Counted from the first letter of the stretch, positions 28,496 through 39,273 are shown. The stretch: 64,000 nt of DNA from an uncultured Candidatus Saccharibacteria bacterium (GCA_965231075.1 OZ246412.1:257587-321586), one strand, 5' to 3'. The notes: generated by a model not told the origin, from the letters alone. Translations and numbers: made by a program.

Positions 28496-30223
28496 TTAAT
28501 TATTTGTTAACTCACTTAATTCTTCCGCTAATTTACAAAATTTTTCGTTTAATTTTTTTTGCTTATCTTTGTCGTTAGCATCTTCTGCTGTTTTGATTTC
28601 TAAACTAATTTGTATCAACTCTTGTTTAAGATGATTCTTTTTTAGTTCCTGTATACAAAAATCCATTTCTTTTAAAGTCTCTGTTTCTTCTATATTAAGA
28701 TGTTCTACTTTAAAAATCAAATAATTCGCCAAAAACTTGTCTTCTTCCGATTCGATTTTATTGGTTTTAATATTTTTAACAAATTTCTTTAATTCTTCGG
28801 TGTTTAAAAGTGAGTCGTAGAAATTTTTGTTTAAATATTCCAAATGTTCGGGATATTTTAAAACCAAACCCAACAAAATTTCTTCCAGCTCCTTAATTCT
28901 TGATCTTTCCGCGAAATGCTCTGAAGGAGCTTCTGCGCCTTCTTCACGCGACTTTATTCTCCTCAACGCTTCAATTAGCGTTTTTTCTTCAACCTTTAGC
29001 TTTGACGCCAAAACTTGAAGCCAATGTGATTGTTCAACCACATTCACTATTCCCTTAATGGGATATAATAGTTCTTTGGCAATTTCTCGTTTGTCGTCAA
29101 CACTTAAATTTTTATCTTTGTATTTATTAAATGCATTTTCAAAATAGAAATCCATGATTGGTTTTGAATTTTCTAAAATTCGCTTCCATTTTTCTGGGTC
29201 TTGCTTGATAATTTCTGCGGGATCTTTTTCTTTTTCTGAAAGAATTGCAACCTTAACATTAAATTCAAATTGTTGCGCTAAACCAATCGCTCTTTTGGTT
29301 GCACCCTCACCGCCTGTATCGGCATCAAAAGAAAATACTAACTTATCGGTATATCTTTTAATTGTTTGCAGATGGTTTGTGGTCAACGCCGTACCAGAAA
29401 CGGCAATTACATTTTTATATCCCGCCTGGTGGCACATAATTAAATCCATCTGACCCTCAACAGCAATGCATTGATCCTGTTTACGGATTTCTGTTTTAGC
29501 CTTGTCGAGGCCATAAATAATGTGACTTTTATTATAAATTATGGTTTCGGGGGTGTTTACATATTTCCCGACGTTGGGATTGTCTTGTCCGAAAATTCTT
29601 CCAGTAAATCCCACCACCTGACCATTCAAATCAAACAATGGAAACATGATTCTATTTCTAAATCTATCGAAATATCTGTTTTCGTTCTCCTTTTTAATAA
29701 TCAACCCGGCTTTTTCTATGTCTGGCGCCTTATAACCAATTTGTGTTAAATGCTTCAAAAGACCATCCCACGAATCGTTGGAATAGCCGATTTTAAATTC
29801 TTTAATTGTTTCGGGTTTTAACCCTCTGTTCTGTATATACCCAAACGCAGGTTTGTTTATTTCAAGTTGTTTCTGGAAGTATTCTGTGGCTTCGTCACAA
29901 ATCTCAAATAAAAGATTTCTTTGACTGCGAATTTGTGGATCTTCTCTTTTTAAAACCACTCCCGCTTTTTTAGCCAAAGTTCTTAATGCCTCAGGAAATT
30001 CAATCCCTTCAATTTTTTGCACAAACGAAAAAATATCTCCACCTAAATTACACGAAAAACAATGCCAAATTTGCTTAGACGGAGAAACAAAAAAAGAAGG
30101 CGTTTTTTCCTTATGAAACGGACAGGGTGCTTTGTAATCCTTGCCCGCTTTTTTAAGTTTGATATATCCTTCAATTACTTCAACCACATCCAACCTAGAT
30201 TTTATTTCATCGATTGGTCCCAT
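28496..30223 (-). CDS. dnaG: DNA primase DnaG.
   Basis: A CHC2 zinc finger ([11 protein letters not shown]...CFSC) and a TOPRIM domain (EGQMD...DADTGG). It forms the conserved dnaG-rpoD unit. Confidence 0.9.
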   Translation of the reverse strand: MGPIDEIKSRLDVVEVIEGYIKLKKAGKDYKAPCPFHKEKTPSFFVSPSKQIWHCFSCNLGGDIFSFVQKIEGIEFPEALRTLAKKAGVVLKREDPQIRSQRNLLFEICDEATEYFQKQLEINKPAFGYIQNRGLKPETIKEFKIGYSNDSWDGLLKHLTQIGYKAPDIEKAGLIIKKENENRYFDRFRNRIMFPLFDLNGQVVGFTGRIFGQDNPNVGKYVNTPETIIYNKSHIIYGLDKAKTEIRKQDQCIAVEGQMDLIMCHQAGYKNVIAVSGTALTTNHLQTIKRYTDKLVFSFDADTGGEGATKRAIGLAQQFEFNVKVAILSEKEKDPAEIIKQDPEKWKRILENSKPIMDFYFENAFNKYKDKNLSVDDKREIAKELLYPIKGIVNVVEQSHWLQVLASKLKVEEKTLIEALRRIKSREEGAEAPSEHFAERSRIKELEEILLGLVLKYPEHLEYLNKNFYDSLLNTEELKKFVKNIKTNKIESEEDKFLANYLIFKVEHLNIEETETLKEMDFCIQELKKNHLKQELIQISLEIKTAEDANDKDKQKKLNEKFCKLAEELSELTNN

Positions 30224-30295
30224 ATGATATTAGTTTATTCTACTTTTTGAAAAAAGTAAACCCCGAAACCGTTTTGTGCGGTATCGGGGCAAGAG

Positions 30296-30739
30296 TCACT
30301 CTGTGGTATCTTTTCTGTCAAAGAGCGCAGATGTATACATTAGGGCGATGTTCTTGGTATTAGGAAATTCGGTTTTGTGAATAATTCCCCTTTCTTTATC
30401 ATAAACTTCGCTTAGGACAATCCGCAGGGCCTCTTCCTGGAGAGCTGTGGAATCTATTTTGATGGTTTTGGTTAATTTCCGCCCACTCCTCAGAAGAGGA
30501 ACGTAGTACCATTCCATTTTCCCGTTTCTATTAATACGCAAAACGATGTTGCCACGCTTTAGCTGTTTATCCAAAATCACATCCCCATAGGGATTTATCG
30601 AAAGACTTCTATCCACAAATCGGTTCCAGTTAATTGGAACTTCTTCGATCCCTGTCTCGGAAAATTCCTCCATTACTCCTTGTCGGAGCCAACGAAGCTC
30701 TATGGTTGTATTTTTTGTCTGCCTATTTTTGTGACTCAT
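30296..30739 (-). CDS. Hypothetical protein.
   Basis: 147 aa. A downstream terminator hairpin CCCCGAUACCGCACAAAACGGUUUCGGGG is followed by a T-run at 30255-30295. Confidence 0.4.
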   Translation of the reverse strand: MSHKNRQTKNTTIELRWLRQGVMEEFSETGIEEVPINWNRFVDRSLSINPYGDVILDKQLKRGNIVLRINRNGKMEWYYVPLLRSGRKLTKTIKIDSTALQEEALRIVLSEVYDKERGIIHKTEFPNTKNIALMYTSALFDRKDTTE

Positions 30740-30813
30740 GTCACCTCCTCATAATAAAATGTGCTCTAATTATAGTGTTTTAATTTAACACTTTTTATTT
30801 TAAAAGTCAAGAG

Positions 30814-31086
30814 CTAATCGATATGCCAAAATTTTTTTGGACCGACCGGATCTCTGCCCCAAACCTTTAAATGAATCATATCTAAAAAATCAGAAACGAC
30901 TTGTCCGACTCCGATAGCAATTAAATAATATCCCCACCACTTATCTTTAAAAATTATTCCTATGATTACAAGTATTAATCCTGGTATCCAGTGATGAAGT
31001 CCATTGGTTTCTCCTAAAAAAATGTGTCCCACCCGACCTGCGGCATAACTTACAAATGCCACCAACGAGTACAATAAAAACTGCAT
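30814..31086 (-). CDS. Small membrane protein.
   Basis: Three hydrophobic helices in 90 aa. Confidence 0.35.
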   Translation of the reverse strand: MQFLLYSLVAFVSYAAGRVGHIFLGETNGLHHWIPGLILVIIGIIFKDKWWGYYLIAIGVGQVVSDFLDMIHLKVWGRDPVGPKKFWHID

Positions 31087-31096
31087 GAATCTATTT

Positions 31097-31690
31097 TTAC
31101 TTTTTTCTTGATTTAATTAAATGAATTATGTTTGGCGACACAGATACAACAATAATTAATAAAATAATTGGCAAAAGATATTTATCGATATTAGGAATTA
31201 AATTACCAAGAAAATATCCCAATAAAGATACTCCAATCGTCCATAATGCTCCGCCGATAACATTAAAAGCAATAAATTTACGATAATGCATTGTTCCCAC
31301 CCCCGCCAAGATTGGTACAAACGTTCTAACGATCGGCACGAATCTTGCCAAAACAATCGTTTTTGAGCCATGCTTTTTAAAGAATTCTTCCGCCTTTTGA
31401 ATGTTGTCTTTCTTGAAAAACAAAGATTCTTCTTTGGTAAAGATTTTATCACCGACCTTATTACCAAACCAATAGCCGACACTATCGCCCACAACCGCAG
31501 CAACGAAAGTTAAGCCCATTAAAAGCCAAATATTTAAAAATCCTTGCGAGGCCAAAAATCCAGCCGTAAACAATAAACTATCTCCGGGCAAGAAAAACCC
31601 GATTAATAGTCCCGATTCAGCAAAAATTATGCCGAATAATCCCACATATCCCGCCGTTTTAATTAATGATATTAAATCAAATCCTAACAT
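31097..31690 (-). CDS. DedA/SNARE-associated family membrane protein.
   Basis: The LPGDSLLFTAGFLAS motif and a KFIAFNVIGGALW region. Confidence 0.8.
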   Translation of the reverse strand: MLGFDLISLIKTAGYVGLFGIIFAESGLLIGFFLPGDSLLFTAGFLASQGFLNIWLLMGLTFVAAVVGDSVGYWFGNKVGDKIFTKEESLFFKKDNIQKAEEFFKKHGSKTIVLARFVPIVRTFVPILAGVGTMHYRKFIAFNVIGGALWTIGVSLLGYFLGNLIPNIDKYLLPIILLIIVVSVSPNIIHLIKSRKK

Positions 31691-31699
31691 AAATTATTT

Positions 31700-32419
31700 T
31701 TATTTTTTACTTGTAAAAATTACGCGAGCCGGAAGATTTGTTTTGCGAGTTAAATAATCAAAATCGTGTAAAGAATTCATGAACAAATCGTATCCATAAC
31801 GATGATTGGCGCCAGATTTTTGATCGCCGTCATCATGCACAATAAATTCTTTGATTGTGTCGTCGTAACCCACAACAACCATTTGATGATAATATGAGCC
31901 GTAAACCGCAAACGGAATATTGGGGTTGTGTAACTCAAATCCGTAATGCAAAGAAATCACTGGTCTTCTTTTCTGAATTTCTTTTTTTATCTGCTGAACG
32001 GTCGGATTTTCGACAATTGTTGCGGCGTAGTTTAAATTATTGTTAATAATTTCTAATGTTCTCTGCGCGTCAGAATCGGCATTAGAACTATAAATTTTGT
32101 CTTGATAATCAAACAATTCTTGCATCGCATCTTGAGCTTCTTTAATACTAACATATTTTCTTCCGGCATAATAATTTTCCACCATTACCATGCTCGCCTC
32201 TTCACAGCCATTTTTCCAGTTTCCCGAAAAATTTCCATCCGGCGCCTCATTAATATACGGAACGGGCAAGATTAGAGTTTTGGGAACTGAAATATTAGAG
32301 ACCAGCGAATTTAATAAATTTTTGCTTTCCGTTTTATACGCTTCGATTTCCAATATTAAAATAAAAAAAACAATAAATAAAAATAATATTGTTATAAAAA
32401 AATAAAATCTTTTTTTCAT
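31700..32419 (-). CDS. Secreted papain-like (C39-like) cysteine peptidase domain protein.
   Basis: A signal/transmembrane region, a Cys in NGCEEASMVM and a His in HQMVVVGYD. Confidence 0.4.
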   Translation of the reverse strand: MKKRFYFFITILFLFIVFFILILEIEAYKTESKNLLNSLVSNISVPKTLILPVPYINEAPDGNFSGNWKNGCEEASMVMVENYYAGRKYVSIKEAQDAMQELFDYQDKIYSSNADSDAQRTLEIINNNLNYAATIVENPTVQQIKKEIQKRRPVISLHYGFELHNPNIPFAVYGSYYHQMVVVGYDDTIKEFIVHDDGDQKSGANHRYGYDLFMNSLHDFDYLTRKTNLPARVIFTSKK

Positions 32420-32424
32420 TAATA

Positions 32425-32949
32425 TTAGTGGATTGTTTGAGAACCAGACAAAAGTCCATCGGCGATTATTGTGGCATAGCGTCTTAATTCAGAAAGATAA
32501 CCGCTTTCGTCTTTATGATAATCAGGAAAATCGTTAACGTTGATAACTAAGTCTGATTTCCATGCGTCTTTTTTACTATTGGCGGTGATATCGATTTCAA
32601 AATACGCCTCACGACCATTAATCGGATTTTGAAATACAAAAAAACAGTCAACTCCTCTTTTGTCTAAATTTGTTCCCAAGCAGTTGTAGAATTTTAGTCC
32701 TTGAGGATTTTCTGGGTCTAAATTCAATTCTTCGGCAACTAAATCAAATAAATCATTCGCCCATTTTTTTTGAGGAATTTCTGGATTAAGTGGATAGTGT
32801 TCAACAATTGCCTTTCTCAACATACCTCGCGATAATTTTGTTGGGTCAATATTGTTTTTAATCAACAAATCATCAACTTTTGGCCCACTACCCAAAAATG
32901 CATTTTCGGCTTCAAATCCACTGCAACGTTTTTCAAAAATATTTCTCAT
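32425..32949 (-). CDS. Hypothetical protein.
   Basis: The start is probably the internal Met (MRNIFEKR). The listed ORF 32425-33015 extends upstream into the 3' part of tRNA-Ser. Confidence 0.4.
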   Translation of the reverse strand: MRNIFEKRCSGFEAENAFLGSGPKVDDLLIKNNIDPTKLSRGMLRKAIVEHYPLNPEIPQKKWANDLFDLVAEELNLDPENPQGLKFYNCLGTNLDKRGVDCFFVFQNPINGREAYFEIDITANSKKDAWKSDLVINVNDFPDYHKDESGYLSELRRYATIIADGLLSGSQTIH

Positions 32950-32960
32950 AAATTTTATTT

Positions 32961-33047
32961 CGGAAAGGGAGGGATTCGAACCCTCGGTGGGTTTTACCCC
33001 ACACACGCTTTCCAAGCGTGCGCACTAGACCACTATGCGACCTTTCC
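32961..33047 (-). tRNA. tRNA-Ser (GGA).
   Basis: Acceptor stem GGAAAGG/CCUUUCC, a long variable arm, anticodon loop UUGGAAA and T-arm GGUUCGAAUCC. The CCA end is not encoded. Confidence 0.75.
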
Positions 33048-33054
33048 TCGTTTT

Positions 33055-33342
33055 TTATTGCTTTATTTTGTCGATCATTACAGACGATAGTCTTCCTTTG
33101 ATTCTTTGCACATCTTGATCGCTCAATGGATCGGTTTGATTATTTTTTAGATCTATTAATTCTTTTTGTAATTCGGTAAGACTAATTTTGCCATCTTTTA
33201 AGTCTTTACCAAAAACGCCACGGACATAAGTCTTTTCCTTGCTCGTTAATTGTGACATACCTTTTAATGTTTTTTCGAATTCAATTTTACGAATTCTTTT
33301 TGGGTTATCATTAATTCCAAAAAGCGCTTCTATGAGTCCCAT
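33055..33342 (-). CDS. Hypothetical protein.
   Basis: 95 aa and charged. Confidence 0.3.
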   Translation of the reverse strand: MGLIEALFGINDNPKRIRKIEFEKTLKGMSQLTSKEKTYVRGVFGKDLKDGKISLTELQKELIDLKNNQTDPLSDQDVQRIKGRLSSVMIDKIKQ

Positions 33343-33347
33343 ATATT

Positions 33348-34259
33348 TTATTTACTTGTTTCTCTCAATCTCTTAATTCTTTCTTGAATTGGAGGATGAG
33401 TAGAAAATAAGTTAGTTAATTTATTAGTTTTTCCACCCAGGGTGGACAAATATGGATTACTAATATACAAATGTGCCATTGCCTTGTGCGTCTTTTTTAT
33501 AGGAGTCGAGTTTTGTGCAATTTTCTCTAGAGCGCTAGCCAATCCTTCCGGGTATCTGGTCAAAAGCGAACCAGAGGCGTCAGCTAAATATTCTCTTTTT
33601 CGAGAAATTGCTAATTGAATTAATTTTGAAATAATTGGTGAAAGAATAATAAAAATTAAACCAACAATCATTAAAACCGCTCTAGCTTGTCCGCCACCAT
33701 TGTCATTGCTACTTTTTCTTCCGCCAAACATTCTGCCTCGAACGAATATGTCTGAAATCAAAGAAACTGCTCCCACCAGAGTAACCACAACCGTTTGCAA
33801 CAAAATATCACGATTTCCGATATGACTCAATTCGTGCGCAATTACTCCCTCTAATTCGGTTTGATTTAATGTTTGTAACAATCCAGACGTCACAGCAATC
33901 ACAGCATTCTGGGGATTTCTTCCAGTGGCAAAAGCATTTAGGGTTGGGTCGTTAATAATGTAAATTTTGGGAACCGGAAGTCCAGCGGTAATACAAAGAT
34001 TTTCGACAACATGATAAAGTTGTGGTGCTTGATCGTGATTGATTAATTTGGCACCAGAAATTCCTAAAACAATTTTATCGGAAAACCAATAACTAAAAAA
34101 TGACATAAACACACTAATTCCTACGGCAAAGAATAAAATAGCCTGGTCTTCAAAATAATAACTCAAAAACCAACCCAATCCAATAATAATAATGAAAAAC
34201 ACAGAAAACAAAACCCAAGTTCTTCGGATGTTTGAACCAATATGAGTATATAGCGTCAT
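33348..34259 (-). CDS. htpX: Protease HtpX (M48 family).
   Basis: HELSHIGNRD is the HExxH zinc motif. There are N-terminal transmembrane helices. Confidence 0.85.
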   Translation of the reverse strand: MTLYTHIGSNIRRTWVLFSVFFIIIIGLGWFLSYYFEDQAILFFAVGISVFMSFFSYWFSDKIVLGISGAKLINHDQAPQLYHVVENLCITAGLPVPKIYIINDPTLNAFATGRNPQNAVIAVTSGLLQTLNQTELEGVIAHELSHIGNRDILLQTVVVTLVGAVSLISDIFVRGRMFGGRKSSNDNGGGQARAVLMIVGLIFIILSPIISKLIQLAISRKREYLADASGSLLTRYPEGLASALEKIAQNSTPIKKTHKAMAHLYISNPYLSTLGGKTNKLTNLFSTHPPIQERIKRLRETSK

Positions 34260-34296
34260 ATGTGTTTATGTTATCAAGAAATTATGTTTTTGTAAA

Positions 34297-34330
34297 TTAA
34301 AATACTCCCCGCATTGCGGGGAGTATTTTG
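34297..34330. terminator. Bidirectional rho-independent terminator.
   Basis: AAUACUCCCCGCAUUGCGGGGAGUAUUUU. Confidence 0.65.
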
Positions 34331-34340
34331 TATGACTAAT

Positions 34341-34892
34341 TTAGAATTTTACTTCTGGAACGGCTTTCTCGGATTCGTCGGCTTCGAAAAATTCTCTTTT
34401 CTTAAATCCTAGCATACCAGCGATGATTCTCGATGGAAATGTTTCGATTTTGATGTTTAAGTCTCTAACGTTACCATTATAGAATCTTCTGGCTGCTTGA
34501 ATTTTGTTTTCAGTGTCAGATAACTCATTCTGTAATTGTAAGAAATTCTCATTAGCTTTTAATTCTGGATATGCCTCTGCAACCGCAAATAAACTTTTTA
34601 GGGTTCCGGAAAGCGCATTTTCTGCCTTTCCTTTTTCTTCTGCTCCTTGAGCATTGATTGCCTTTGATCTCGCTTCTGTAACCTTTTCGAATAATTGTTT
34701 TTCGTGGGCCGCATATCCCTTAACCGCTTCAATTAGATTTGGGATTAAATCGTATCTTCTTTTTAATTGGACATCGATGTCCGACCATGCTTCGTCCGTG
34801 CGAGTTTTTAGTCTAATCAGACCATTAAAAACTGCAATCACCCACAAAACTATTGCTGCAACTACTATTAAAATAATTGTTCCGACTGCCAT
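34341..34892 (-). CDS. lemA: LemA family protein.
   Basis: An N-terminal transmembrane helix and a conserved LemA core (IPNLIEAVKGYAAHEKQLFEKVTEARS). Confidence 0.8.
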   Translation of the reverse strand: MAVGTIILIVVAAIVLWVIAVFNGLIRLKTRTDEAWSDIDVQLKRRYDLIPNLIEAVKGYAAHEKQLFEKVTEARSKAINAQGAEEKGKAENALSGTLKSLFAVAEAYPELKANENFLQLQNELSDTENKIQAARRFYNGNVRDLNIKIETFPSRIIAGMLGFKKREFFEADESEKAVPEVKF

Positions 34893-34900
34893 GTTTTTTT

Positions 34901-34958
34901 ACCCCTGTTAAATCCCGCATAGCGGGAATCTCGCAACGCGAGATTATTTAATGGGGTG
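34901..34958. mobile_element. ORF-less miniature inverted-repeat element (MITE-like), related to the TIRs of the GIY-YIG element.
   Basis: The left arm TTTACCCCTGTTAAAT reverse-complements to ATTTAACAGGGGTAAA. The right arm is ATTTAATGGGGTGAATTT. Two short palindromes lie between them (cccgcatagcggg and tctcgcaacgcgaga). Confidence 0.45.
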
Positions 34959-35025
34959 AATTTAATAATTATCTATTTATAAGTATGTTCTCTTTTTGCT
35001 GTGTCGTCAACCCCTGATTGACAAA

Positions 35026-36051
35026 CTAACTAAATTCCATGTCTTTTTCTTGGATATCAAGACTCAATAATTTTAAATTATGATTATATTTATCAAGTAT
35101 TTCACCTTGCGGTGAATCGGGATGAAATTCTAACTGTGTGTCATTAAAAATTATTCTTCCTTTTTCTTGATTTAATAATTTACTACGTTTAATATGCGCA
35201 ACTTGGAAAAATTTAAACACCCCCTCAAGAATCGTTCCAATGAATGTATTCAAAATAATTTCTTGAAACTTTCTAATGAACTTAAAGAGATTATTGTTTT
35301 TGATTTTTTGTCGATTATTTAATTTTTCTAAATTATAAAAATATAAATAATTTCCTGCCCATCGATTTTCAAATTGAAATCGATTGTAGATACCCGACTC
35401 TAATTCTAAAACGGGAGTCAGGTGTGCTAAATATGCAATGCGCAGACTGGCGGTGTTTATTTTTAGGTTGTTGTCTGATAGATAATGGTTTAAACAAAAT
35501 CTATTAGTTATTTTCTTTCCGTGTCTGCGTCGACCAATTATTTGAAAAAATGCGGTTATTAAGAACCTTGTCAGCCAGATGCGTTTATTTTTAACGATAA
35601 TCAATAGATCAATATCGCTTTCTTGTTTGGCATTGTATATTGCCATCGAGCCGTTCATTAGAACCATTTTTATAAATGGAATAATCTGAAGCCATTTTAT
35701 GGTTTTTATTGACTTTTTCCATTTTTCATCAGAAATTTTTTGACGCTCAATTCTGAGTTGATAAAGATTTCTTTTTGTATTTGATGACACGAATTCTCTT
35801 AAAAAATAAAATCCGTTTTCCTGATCAATGTATTGTTTCAGGGTAGGTGTGTTTAGTGCTTTTAGAATGTCAACTAGATTAATTGTCTTTAGAGGTTCAA
35901 TTTCTGAACATGGATCAATTTTCTTTAATGAAGAGATGTGTTGAGGGCTCATCAGATATTTAAAAATTTCAAATCCGGTTAACGGATAATCCATGACATC
36001 ATAATACGCGATTGTTGCAAGAATCGATTTTTCTAATAAATTTAATTCCAT
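35026..36051 (-). CDS. Nucleotidyltransferase (Pol-beta superfamily) domain protein.
   Basis: NGSMAIY...ESDIDLLII fits the GS...D.D nucleotidyltransferase motif. Confidence 0.4.
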   Translation of the reverse strand: MELNLLEKSILATIAYYDVMDYPLTGFEIFKYLMSPQHISSLKKIDPCSEIEPLKTINLVDILKALNTPTLKQYIDQENGFYFLREFVSSNTKRNLYQLRIERQKISDEKWKKSIKTIKWLQIIPFIKMVLMNGSMAIYNAKQESDIDLLIIVKNKRIWLTRFLITAFFQIIGRRRHGKKITNRFCLNHYLSDNNLKINTASLRIAYLAHLTPVLELESGIYNRFQFENRWAGNYLYFYNLEKLNNRQKIKNNNLFKFIRKFQEIILNTFIGTILEGVFKFFQVAHIKRSKLLNQEKGRIIFNDTQLEFHPDSPQGEILDKYNHNLKLLSLDIQEKDMEFS

Positions 36052-36266
36052 AATTTTATTATATCACAACCTTGCTTTAAGAATTGAATTTTGATATTAT
36101 TAGCTTAATGAAAAAAGAAATAGAAATACCCAAAAAAATTGAAGAAAAGATTAAAATGCGAGAAAAGAAAAAACAGCCAAAAATGAAGGTTTCAGGAAAA
36201 AGTGTTTTCAAATTAAAAAAGTTAATTATTAAAAAATCCCTCGACTAAATTCGAGGCAAGTAATTT

Positions 36267-36632
36267 ATGACAAAACTTATTTTACGTATTATCGCAAATG
36301 CGTTAGCAATTTTTGTCGCTGTTCGCATAATTAACGAAATCACTTTTAGTGGTGATGTTGTTGATTATTTGATCGTTGGCGTGGTTTTGGCATTGGCCAA
36401 CACGTTCATTCGACCAATTCTTAAAATTGTTTCTGCTCCCCTTATATTTATAACATTGGGGTTGTTTACGATTGTAATTAACGGCATAATTCTGTTCGCA
36501 GTCGATTACTTTATGGAAGCGTTATCAATTACTAGTTTCATGGGTTACCTTTGGGGAACAATTATTATCGCTATTGTGAATGCAATAATTGTTGGATCTT
36601 ACAAAAAAAATAAAAAAACTATAACTGAGTAA
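36267..36632 (+). CDS. DUF360/phage holin family IV-like membrane protein.
   Basis: Four transmembrane helices in 121 aa. The resemblance is to the YvlD/holin-4 family. Confidence 0.45.
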   Translation: MTKLILRIIANALAIFVAVRIINEITFSGDVVDYLIVGVVLALANTFIRPILKIVSAPLIFITLGLFTIVINGIILFAVDYFMEALSITSFMGYLWGTIIIAIVNAIIVGSYKKNKKTITE

Positions 36633-36640
36633 AAATCGAT

Positions 36641-36868
36641 ATGGAAAAACTATTAAACGTTGCACAACTTATTTTCGCCGCACTTTTAATTGTGGTTATT
36701 CTTCTTCAGCAGCGCGGAACTGGTTTGTCTTCTGCCTTTGGTGGCGGTGGTGGTGGCGAGACCTACTTTAAAAAGAGAGGTGCGGAAAAAATATTATTTA
36801 TTGCTACAATTATTTTGGCAATACTTTTTATCGTCAGCTCAATCGTGCGAATGATTATCTTAAAATAA
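36641..36868 (+). CDS. secG: Preprotein translocase subunit SecG.
   Basis: Two transmembrane helices flank a glycine-rich loop (LLQQRGTGLSSAFGGGGGGE). Confidence 0.7.
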   Translation: MEKLLNVAQLIFAALLIVVILLQQRGTGLSSAFGGGGGGETYFKKRGAEKILFIATIILAILFIVSSIVRMIILK

Positions 36869-38571
36869 TGCGCATTCCAACCATACATCAATGGCAAAAG
36901 CTTCCTAACGTTTTAAACAAAAAAGAACGTTATTTTGTTTTTGGCTTTTCTGCCCTAATAATTGTTTCGCTGTTTGGTTGGATGATTAGTTATAAATTAA
37001 AAACCACCACCGTTGTTCCTGATTTTGGTGGAAGTTTCACTGAAGGAATTGTTGGCAATCCACAATATATTAATCCAGTTTTAAGCCAGGCCAGTGATGC
37101 CGACCGAGATTTAACTGAATTGATTTTTTCTGGACTCACAAAATATAACAGTAAAGGAGAAATTGTTCCTAATCTGGCCCAAGAATTTAAAGTTGGAGAC
37201 AATGGTAAGGTTTACGAATTTACGCTCAGACAAGACGTAAAATGGCACGATGGCGAACAATTTACAGCTGACGATGTGGTTTTCACGATTAATCGAATCC
37301 AAAACCCCGACTTTAGAAGCCCACTAAGAACAAGTTGGACTGGAGTTGAGGTTGAAAAAGTGGATGATTATAAGGTTAGATTTAAAATGAAAAACGCCTA
37401 CGCTCCATTTTTATCTAATACTACCGTAGGCATAATTGCGAAACATATTTGGGAAAAAATTCAACCAGCGAATTTTTCATTGGCCACAGAAAACCTCGAA
37501 CCAATTGGAACCGGACCTTATCAACTGGCCACACTGAAAAAAGACAAAGATGGATTCATATATTATATTAAACTAGAAGCGTTTGGTGAAAATAATTCTC
37601 ACAGAAAACCATTTATTAATAAAATATATTTAAGATTCTATGCCGACGAAAAAACCGCAATTAAGGCATATAATCGTGGTGAAATTGACAACTTGAGCTT
37701 GATTTCTGTTCAAAATCAATCTTTAGTACGTGGCGAAAACAGATCAAACATTAAAAGATTAAGTTTGCCGAGATATTTCACTATATTCTTCAATCAAAGC
37801 AAGAGCACGGTTTTATCAGACAAAACTGTTCGATTGGCATTAAATTATGCAACCAATAAAAATCAAATCATTCAAGATATTCTTAATGGAGAAGGCAGAT
37901 CGGTTGACTCCCCCATCCCTAGTGGAGTTTGGGGCTATGCCAACGATTTAAAAATTTATGATTTTGCTCAAGATCATGCTAATAATATTTTAGAGGCGGC
38001 AGGATGGAAAGACACAGACAATGATGGCATTAGGGAGAAAAAGGGAGAAAAATTAGAATTCGAATTGGTTACAACTGACTTTAAGGAACTACAACAAACT
38101 GCCAATATTTTGCAGGAACAATGGTCTAAAATTGGAGCCAAGGTCAATATTAAAATTCTAAACATTGGAGAGATTCAACAAGAATATATTAGACCGCGAG
38201 AATATCAAGCGCTATTATTTGGCGAGGTTTTAGGACTAGATCCCGACCCATTTAGTTTTTGGCATTCGTCTCAAAAGAAAGACCCGGGATTAAACCTAGC
38301 CCTGTATGACAATTCTAAGGTAGATGTTTTGTTGCGCGATGCCAGACAAATAATTGAACCTGAATTAAGACTAAAAAAATATAGAGAATTTCAACAATTA
38401 GTCATTGATGATGCGCCAGTTGTATTTTTATATAGTTGGTATCAAATTTATTACACTTCTAAAAAAATTAAAGGATTTGAAAACGAAAACATCGTGTTGC
38501 CATCAAAACGATTTAATGATGTTGAAAAATGGTATATTAATACGCAACGAGTGAAAAAAAATGAATCTTAA
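36868..38571 (+). CDS. ABC transporter substrate-binding protein, family 5 (peptide/nickel).
   Basis: 567 aa. It has an N-terminal transmembrane anchor and an SBP_bac_5-like architecture. Confidence 0.75.
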   Translation: MRIPTIHQWQKLPNVLNKKERYFVFGFSALIIVSLFGWMISYKLKTTTVVPDFGGSFTEGIVGNPQYINPVLSQASDADRDLTELIFSGLTKYNSKGEIVPNLAQEFKVGDNGKVYEFTLRQDVKWHDGEQFTADDVVFTINRIQNPDFRSPLRTSWTGVEVEKVDDYKVRFKMKNAYAPFLSNTTVGIIAKHIWEKIQPANFSLATENLEPIGTGPYQLATLKKDKDGFIYYIKLEAFGENNSHRKPFINKIYLRFYADEKTAIKAYNRGEIDNLSLISVQNQSLVRGENRSNIKRLSLPRYFTIFFNQSKSTVLSDKTVRLALNYATNKNQIIQDILNGEGRSVDSPIPSGVWGYANDLKIYDFAQDHANNILEAAGWKDTDNDGIREKKGEKLEFELVTTDFKELQQTANILQEQWSKIGAKVNIKILNIGEIQQEYIRPREYQALLFGEVLGLDPDPFSFWHSSQKKDPGLNLALYDNSKVDVLLRDARQIIEPELRLKKYREFQQLVIDDAPVVFLYSWYQIYYTSKKIKGFENENIVLPSKRFNDVEKWYINTQRVKKNES

Positions 38572-39268
38572 TAAATTTAAACCCGATATTAGACATCTAA
38601 ACGACATTAAAGATGTGGTTTACGATAAGCAATGGTTAAAAACAGCTCCGAACCTGGAGCTGTATTATATGTATCGCGATCTAGCGGAAACTCAACTTGA
38701 TTTTATGAATATTATTAAAAATGATTTACGCTACGACATTACAATTTTAAAACCAAACAAGCTGGGCAAAGAATTTAATAAAACACTAGGACACGACCAT
38801 CCCGTTGTCCCGGGAACAAATGTTACCTATCCTGAATTATATGAAGTGCTAGATGGTAAGGCGATGTTTTTGTTGCAAGATTCTTGCGACAAGAAAATAG
38901 AAACCATTGTTGCTATAAAAGCACAAAAAAATGATAAAATAATTATTCCACCAAATTATGAACATTTAATAATTAATATTGGCAAAACCGATCTTAAAAC
39001 GGCCAATTGGGTTAGTAGAAAATTCGAATCCAATATTTATAGACCACTTAAAATGAAACATGGGTTTAGTTATTATGCCCTAAAATCGTTGTTTGGGATT
39101 AAGTTTATTCAAAACAATAATTATGAATCAATTCCCAAGCTTAAATTTGAGAAACCAAATAATTTTTATAAATTAAATTTATCTGCAGAAGGGCCGATTT
39201 ATAAATTATTAAACCAACCCAATAAATTAGATTTTCTTAAGAATCCACAAAAATATAGTTGGTTGTAA
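38561..39268 (+). CDS. Cupin-type (archaeal-type) glucose-6-phosphate isomerase.
   Basis: TLGHDHP fits the TxGHxHP metal-site motif. IIPPNYEHLIIN fits the PPGxAHRxxN motif. Confidence 0.55.
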   Translation: MNLNKFKPDIRHLNDIKDVVYDKQWLKTAPNLELYYMYRDLAETQLDFMNIIKNDLRYDITILKPNKLGKEFNKTLGHDHPVVPGTNVTYPELYEVLDGKAMFLLQDSCDKKIETIVAIKAQKNDKIIIPPNYEHLIINIGKTDLKTANWVSRKFESNIYRPLKMKHGFSYYALKSLFGIKFIQNNNYESIPKLKFEKPNNFYKLNLSAEGPIYKLLNQPNKLDFLKNPQKYSWL

Positions 39269-39273
39269 AATTT

